Positions 58,436 to 64,000 of a stretch of DNA of 64,000 bases are shown one piece after another. This DNA comes from Geopsychrobacteraceae bacterium (GTDB lineage: Bacteria > Desulfobacterota > Desulfuromonadia > Desulfuromonadales > Geopsychrobacteraceae): positions 544,001 through 608,000 of the forward strand of contig CAXXTB010000001.1 of assembly GCA_963676795.2 (NCBI GenBank). The letters run 5' to 3'. The notes beneath the pieces are model-generated. The model was not told the DNA's origin. It was given only the letters and a program-made list of their open reading frames with translations, and made no database searches. The position numbers and the translations under genes were made by a program. The stretch's first letter is position 1, and each line of letters begins with the position of its first letter.

Positions 58436-59374
58436 TCAGGGCTGTGGCTGCTTTTTCTCAGTGGCTACGGATATCCCCCAGCTTCTGAAATAATCGACAA
58501 ATTCCAGCTGAACCAGTTGTTCATGGCGATAGATGAAGAGGAAAAACTTGAAGGAAGCCATCTTCAGGTAGGAATACCAGGGGACCGAGACACAGATGAC
58601 CAGGATGCGCATCGCTTCATTGTCAAGAAAAAGGATTGCCGCAGCCGGGACGATGACGACAAATATGGTTTCCAGTACACTTCTGGCCAGGAAAAACAGC
58701 CAGGATCCGCCAAGGATATGCGGAACAGTGAAGAGCTTGATGTAAAGCCCGAACTTTTCGGCGAAGCTGCCGTTATGCAGGACCGCCAGCTTGGACGAAT
58801 AGGAGAGGCCGGCCATGACCAGCGGCAGGGCGAGGGCGATGCAGATCAGCACCAGCCAGGCCGGAACGGCCGAACCGGTCTTCGACCACCAGAGCAGGCC
58901 GATCAGGAACCAGATACCGCTCCAGATCAGGAAGGTCAGGATGAGAATAGCCAGGGCACAGAAATCCCAGAAAAACTGGGACCCTTTAAGCCCGGCCAGA
59001 GAGGTGAGCATTCCGGCATTGCGGTTGTCGTTGTGCCAGCGACGCAGACTGCTCGACGGCCAGAGCGAGATGATCTGCTTGAACAGAAAGAGCCCCACAA
59101 GAACCGCAACCGTATAGGGGCTGAACAGCCATTGGGCGAGGTGCGCAGGCAGGCCTCTGAACAGGAATTCCGGCAGAACCCTGATGATTTCGGCCGGCGC
59201 CAGCGCCGTCTGCATTTTCTCGGCACTGAAAAAATGATGGAGAACCTTGTCGGCGATGAGGATGATGAAAATCAGCGCAATAAAGGAACGGTGCTTCAGC
59301 AGTTCCTTGGCGGAGCCGAGGGTCAGAACCTTAAGCAGTATTTTTTTGTCAGAAGGCTGGGCAGTTTGGGTCAT
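58436..59374 (-). CDS. Hypothetical membrane protein
   Basis: Several TM segments; ATGA overlap with the upstream PAP2 gene. Confidence 0.7.
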   Translation of the reverse strand: MTQTAQPSDKKILLKVLTLGSAKELLKHRSFIALIFIILIADKVLHHFFSAEKMQTALAPAEIIRVLPEFLFRGLPAHLAQWLFSPYTVAVLVGLFLFKQIISLWPSSSLRRWHNDNRNAGMLTSLAGLKGSQFFWDFCALAILILTFLIWSGIWFLIGLLWWSKTGSAVPAWLVLICIALALPLVMAGLSYSSKLAVLHNGSFAEKFGLYIKLFTVPHILGGSWLFFLARSVLETIFVVIVPAAAILFLDNEAMRILVICVSVPWYSYLKMASFKFFLFIYRHEQLVQLEFVDYFRSWGISVATEKKQPQP

Positions 59375-60519
59375 TGAGTATCCTGGGGATTGATAGGTTC
59401 ACCGTTGAAGAGAACCTCTATGCGTTCTTTACTACCGGAAGGGAGAGTTATCCTCAAACTGTGATCCAGTTCGGCAAAGTAACTTTTCGCCTCAATATTG
59501 AGCTGAAGATCAAGTTCAGAACCGTTCTGCTGCTGAGATAGTTTCTCCTCATAATCGGTATTCATCCAGCCGAAGCCGTGGGCATCGACACGCAGGGTCG
59601 AAAACGGGACGTCGGCATAGAACAGTTCAATTCGTTCAGGGTCGATAGCCGTTTGGATGTTGATAGTCTCTATGGATTTGATCTGCAGCCAGTAGCTATT
59701 GGTCGAGAAGAACGGCCTGCGCGTCATAAAGGCGGTAGCCATGATGGCAATAGCCACGATCACCGCCGAGGTGATCAACAGTTTCTGGCGTTTTCCGGCT
59801 GGCCGGACTGCGGCCTGTTGCGAGACGTCCGGCAGGTAGAAGGTCAGTCCGGTGGCGACGATGGCGATAAGTCCGAAGGCCCAGATCGTATCGCTGAAAT
59901 AATGAGCGCCCTGGACAATCCTTGCCGCAGATAGGGCTCCGCCAAGCACGATCCCGCTGGTCACGCCAGCGATGGCGATCGATTTTTTCCGGCTGTAGAA
60001 GGCTCCGGCGGCGACCAGAACAAAGCCCATGGTTGCGTGTCCGCAGGGAAAGGATGCACCCTGACCAGCAAGGCCGGGGTTGAAAATCGTCCGGTACTCC
60101 CAGTGTCCACCGTACTCGATTGTCTGGCTTGGCCGCGGGCGGCCCCAGTATTGTTTGAGGACCGAGTTGACCAGGATGCCGGCTCCGAGTACCGCGGTCA
60201 GTACCATGACCAGACAGGGTTTGCGCCAGGTTTGCAGACTGCTTTTATAGAAACTGAGCAGCCAGATGCACAGCGCGCCGATGCTGACAATGATCCCCGG
60301 GATTGTTCCGTAATTGTAAAGAGCATCCCATAAGGGTCTGTCCTCGAGGAACCAGCCTTGTTTCCGGGTGTAGAACATGCTGGAAATGCTGCGATCAAGA
60401 TCCAGAGCGTTGATTACTATGGTTATGATCACCAGAACGATGAGCATCATCAGCAGGACCAGCCAGCGATATCTGTTTCTGCAGGAGGCTGAACCGCCTA
60501 GCGGTGGAACTTTTGTCAT
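59371..60519 (-). CDS. PAP2-family phosphatase with C-terminal extension
   Basis: KQYWGRPRP, SFPCGH, ARIVQGAHYFSD. Confidence 0.88.
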   Translation of the reverse strand: MTKVPPLGGSASCRNRYRWLVLLMMLIVLVIITIVINALDLDRSISSMFYTRKQGWFLEDRPLWDALYNYGTIPGIIVSIGALCIWLLSFYKSSLQTWRKPCLVMVLTAVLGAGILVNSVLKQYWGRPRPSQTIEYGGHWEYRTIFNPGLAGQGASFPCGHATMGFVLVAAGAFYSRKKSIAIAGVTSGIVLGGALSAARIVQGAHYFSDTIWAFGLIAIVATGLTFYLPDVSQQAAVRPAGKRQKLLITSAVIVAIAIMATAFMTRRPFFSTNSYWLQIKSIETINIQTAIDPERIELFYADVPFSTLRVDAHGFGWMNTDYEEKLSQQQNGSELDLQLNIEAKSYFAELDHSLRITLPSGSKERIEVLFNGEPINPQDTQ

Positions 60520-60790
60520 AGTTGTCTTTTCGTTTCTATCAGCACAGATGCCTGCAAGGTTGCATCTGGTTACAGCACTTATGTAAGAAAATTATTATGG
60601 CAACCTTAAGGTTTTTCCGGATGGCTGTTGTGCGGCGGAGTAAGAGGTCATCCATTTTTGTGTTCAGGATAACAGAACTCAGGAAAAATCGGAAGAATCC
60701 GCTAGCCAATGAATAAATCACTGTAAGACTGCTACGTTGATTCAAACTGGCGGTCTTGTCCCCCTCGGGACAGGCTGATTTCTTTTGCTG

Positions 60791-62467
60791 TCATTCTGCC
60801 GGGAAGTCGAACAGGACATAGCCGGTATCGCTGGCAAGTTCATGGACCGGGATTCCCCTTTCCTGCAGCTGGTTCAGATAGTATCTGGTGGTAATGCCGA
60901 CCTTGATAGCGTTCTGCTCGGCAAGTTCCGGCAAATGAGCAAACTGTTTCTCCTTGATGGCCAGCGTATAGAGGCCTGAATAGAAATTGGCGCTCGGTCT
61001 TTTGCTGATCTTGTAGAGCAGGATTTTACCGTCTGCGGGGGTCAGTGCTGCTGCCTGCTCAGCCAGATTGACCAGCGGCCTGTTCATCAGCCTGTCAAAG
61101 GTCGGCAGAATCATGAAGATCATGATGAAATTCAGGACCAGCGCGCAGCTCAGCAGGGTGCTGAACAGCTGTTCGCTCTTCTTTTTTCGGGTGATGACAA
61201 TAATGAAAATACCGCAGGCGACCAACAACAGTCCGGCCAGCCAGGGGGTCACGCCCAGCGCAACCGGTTCCGCCAGAACCGGCGCCTTGAGAGCGTGTTT
61301 CCCCAGGCGATCCGGCAGGGTGCTGAGAATAATCGGCAGCGCCACAAAGACGCCACCAAGCAGGGCGAAGAACAGACCGGAAATCCAGCCGGAGATGATC
61401 GCCCAGTGCGACAGGCTGACTTCGTTCTTTTCCAGCAGGGCAGCAATCAGGATGGCAAAGCCGGGGACCGCGGGGAGAATGTAGTTCGGCAGTTTGGTTG
61501 CGGCGAACGAGAAAAACAGCAGGACGATCACCGAGTAAATCAGAAACATCCGGATAAAACGGCTCGAGGGTTTCTGGCTGTCTCTGACCGGTGCAGCGAT
61601 AAAGGCCTGACCGATATAGGGGAACCAGGGGAGCATTCCGACGAGCAGCACCAGAACATAATAGAAGATGGGGCCTGAATGCCCTTCCATGGCACTGGAG
61701 AAGCGGCCGAGGTGATGCTTGAGGAACAGCTCCTTCATGAAGGCGAACCCTTCAGGGTGAGTGAAACCGAGCATCAGGTACCAGGAAAAGCCGATGATGA
61801 TCAGTATCAGCGCACCGGGGATAAGCCAGCTGGCACGAAACAGCAGCCTCAGGCGTTTGATCGTCACCAGGTAGATCAGGGCGGTCAGCAGCGGGAAGAG
61901 TATGCCTATGATTCCCTTGGTCAGCATGGCCAGCGCCGAGAACAGGCAGGCAAGCCAGAACAGCCGGGTGCCGCGACCTTCCCCTTTGATGACCTGTTCA
62001 ACCGCGTACCACGAGGTGAGCAGGCAGAGGGTCATATAGAGAGTCAGGAACATGTCGGTCATGGCGATCCGGGTCAGGTAGACGAAGAGGAAGGAGCTTG
62101 CCGTGATCAGGGCGGCCCGACCGGCCAGGCGCTTGCCAAGGGCGGGAATCGACATGAAGTAGATGATGAGCACTGTAGCGACCCCGGCCAAGGCGTTGAA
62201 AATGCGCGCACCGGTTGTTGTCGTGCCGAACATTTTGTAGCCGGCGACCTGGGCCCAGTAGATCATTGGTGGTTTGTCAAAAAAATCTTCGCCGTTCAGG
62301 AGCGGAACGATCATCTGCTGGTCGGTGAGCATCTCCCTCGAGATTTCGGCGTAGACGCCTTCATCGAAGTCGATGACGACAGTCTGACCGAGGCCGTAGA
62401 GAAAAATGATGGCCAGCAGAATGATAAGGGCGAAACTTTTCATTTTACACATAATAGCGGTGCTCAT
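60791..62467 (-). CDS. ArnT/GT39-family lipid-carrier glycosyltransferase
   Basis: DEGVYAEISREM, DKPPMIYW, LTKG, TKLPNYILP. Confidence 0.9.
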   Translation of the reverse strand: MSTAIMCKMKSFALIILLAIIFLYGLGQTVVIDFDEGVYAEISREMLTDQQMIVPLLNGEDFFDKPPMIYWAQVAGYKMFGTTTTGARIFNALAGVATVLIIYFMSIPALGKRLAGRAALITASSFLFVYLTRIAMTDMFLTLYMTLCLLTSWYAVEQVIKGEGRGTRLFWLACLFSALAMLTKGIIGILFPLLTALIYLVTIKRLRLLFRASWLIPGALILIIIGFSWYLMLGFTHPEGFAFMKELFLKHHLGRFSSAMEGHSGPIFYYVLVLLVGMLPWFPYIGQAFIAAPVRDSQKPSSRFIRMFLIYSVIVLLFFSFAATKLPNYILPAVPGFAILIAALLEKNEVSLSHWAIISGWISGLFFALLGGVFVALPIILSTLPDRLGKHALKAPVLAEPVALGVTPWLAGLLLVACGIFIIVITRKKKSEQLFSTLLSCALVLNFIMIFMILPTFDRLMNRPLVNLAEQAAALTPADGKILLYKISKRPSANFYSGLYTLAIKEKQFAHLPELAEQNAIKVGITTRYYLNQLQERGIPVHELASDTGYVLFDFPAE

Positions 62468-62657
62468 CTTGCTAAGTCACTAAAAGTAGAGTATTCATAA
62501 CCGGGGTTCTGGCGCCGGACTTGCCGGCAAAGCTTAAGTCATTCGTCTGGCAACTGCAAGGTGCATTTGAACAGTCGAAATCAGCCGCAGGGAACGGATA
62601 GGCAGTCTTTCTCAACTGTCGGGTTGTCGCCAGGTAGATTGATTCTGACGAGTTTTA

Positions 62658-63053
62658 TTGAGGAAGGGCAGAGTGAAGATTCCCAGGGTTTTTAAATTTG
62701 CGCTGGTCGGCGGGGTCGGAACCCTGGTCCAGTATCTTGTTCTGACTGCAGGGGTGGAACTGTTTGCCGTGAATCCTGTCGTCTCTTCCTGTGTCGGCTA
62801 CGGGCTCGGTTTTCTGGTCAACTATCTGCTCAATTTCTATTTTACCTTCAATCTGAAAGCAGGGCATCGAGCCGCGCTGATCCGTTATTTCAGTCTCTCG
62901 CTGTTCGGTTTTTTTCTCAACCTGGCGCTGGTTTACCTGGCGATCAATATTGTCGCTATGCATTATATTCCGGGGCAGATTCTGGCCACCGCCGTGGTTT
63001 TTCTGTCAAACTATGTTCTTTCCAGCCGCTGGGCATTCAAGGCAATCGGTTAA
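62658..63053 (+). CDS. GtrA-family flippase
   Basis: FKFALVGGVGT, NYLLNFYFTF, four TM segments, W.F C-terminus; start may be GTG 62673. Confidence 0.85.
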   Translation: MRKGRVKIPRVFKFALVGGVGTLVQYLVLTAGVELFAVNPVVSSCVGYGLGFLVNYLLNFYFTFNLKAGHRAALIRYFSLSLFGFFLNLALVYLAINIVAMHYIPGQILATAVVFLSNYVLSSRWAFKAIG

Positions 63054-63065
63054 GCGTGCCGGGGG

Positions 63066-63992
63066 CTACCTGATCCAGTAGAGAAAGCGGCGATAGAGTC
63101 GCCACCAACCTTTGACGGCAAAGAAGCTGGCAACAATTCCCAGCGGCAGCAGCAGTGCCCAGACCAGACTGACCTCGAGAAACAGCGCGCGCAGGCCGAA
63201 CAGCGCGCAGATGACGCAGACCGAAACGGCGACACTTAAGAGTCCGAGCTTCAGCTCCCAATAATTGGGCAGCCCTTCACTCCTTTTCCCTGCACCCAGC
63301 AGCTGCCGCTGTTGTGGCACCTTCAGCACCCAGAAGTAACAGAGGTGGATCAGCAGCCAGCCGATCAGCATGCCGAGCAGGCCATCGCTGATCCAGTGAT
63401 TGAGGCTCATCGGTCGGGCCAGCGCCATCCCCCCGGCATTGAGCAGGGACAGGATACCGACAATCACACCGACGATTCTTACCTTCGGGCTGTTTTCCCG
63501 GTTGCCAGCCAGCATGTAGCCGAGCAGCAACGGCAGCAGCGCGGCAAGGGTATGACCGCTCGGGAAACTGCCGCGATAGATTCCTTCGGAGATGAAATGC
63601 GGTCCGGTGATGAACCAGTCGCTGTAGGCCAGCTGTTGTTTGAATACCTCTTTGGGGCGTGCCCGGCCAACCACCCACTTGACGGTGTGGACAAAGCAGA
63701 GGGCGCTGATCAGGCCGGCGAAGATGCCGAAGCCGAGTTCCGCCCGCCAGCGTGCCAGCCGTTCTTTTCTGGCACTGAACAGGTAGAGCCCCAGGCAGAC
63801 CAGCATGCCGATGATCGAGATGTCTCCGGTTCCGGGGAGGTCGCCTTCAAAGAGGGTTCTGCTGTAAAAGTCTTCAAACACCGGCCAGGCATTCTGCTTC
63901 AGGTAGATGGTGGTATCGTAGTCGACATGATGGATCGTCAGGGCTGCAGTGCAGAGCAGAATCAGGATCAGGGCCAGGAGCAGATACTTCAT
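63066..63992 (-). CDS. PAP2-family phosphatase
   Basis: KWVVGRARP, SFPSGH, ARPMSLNHWISD. Confidence 0.85.
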   Translation of the reverse strand: MKYLLLALILILLCTAALTIHHVDYDTTIYLKQNAWPVFEDFYSRTLFEGDLPGTGDISIIGMLVCLGLYLFSARKERLARWRAELGFGIFAGLISALCFVHTVKWVVGRARPKEVFKQQLAYSDWFITGPHFISEGIYRGSFPSGHTLAALLPLLLGYMLAGNRENSPKVRIVGVIVGILSLLNAGGMALARPMSLNHWISDGLLGMLIGWLLIHLCYFWVLKVPQQRQLLGAGKRSEGLPNYWELKLGLLSVAVSVCVICALFGLRALFLEVSLVWALLLPLGIVASFFAVKGWWRLYRRFLYWIR

Positions 63993-64000
63993 AAACCTAT

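Overview
A 64-kb chromosomal segment whose gene content (rnfABCDGE, gltBD, sigma-54 activator, CooA-cowN, ANTAR-type leader) suggests a Desulfuromonadales/Geobacter-like deltaproteobacterium; the taxonomy is inference. Most of it is housekeeping or accessory metabolism. The main accessory locus is a complete integron: intI (21501-22475), attI (~21357-21374) and five AT-rich cassettes running leftwards (two lipoproteins, an unknown protein, a Trypco2-like protein, and an inverted ParD/RelE-type toxin-antitoxin cassette). Two near-identical 1763-bp IS1182-family elements sit in this array at the same position: the GTT/AAC recombination triplet of two unrelated attC sites, in the same orientation, each flanked by a repeated AAC. 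This suggests an IS that targets or exploits the integron crossover point without destroying it. A second notable signal is a ~400-440-nt non-coding element present in three diverged copies (274-713, 28710-29142, 36946-37340) whose six hairpins are conserved by compensatory changes and which always starts just after the 3' end of a co-oriented gene. Also present: an Amt-GGDEF ammonium-sensor fusion behind an ANTAR-like antiterminator, a CooA-cowN module with a perfect CooA box, a hipBA operon with three operators at 49-bp spacing, a Y1-transposase remnant and two single-base frameshifts. All calls come from reading the sequence and recalling family motifs; no database searches were run.
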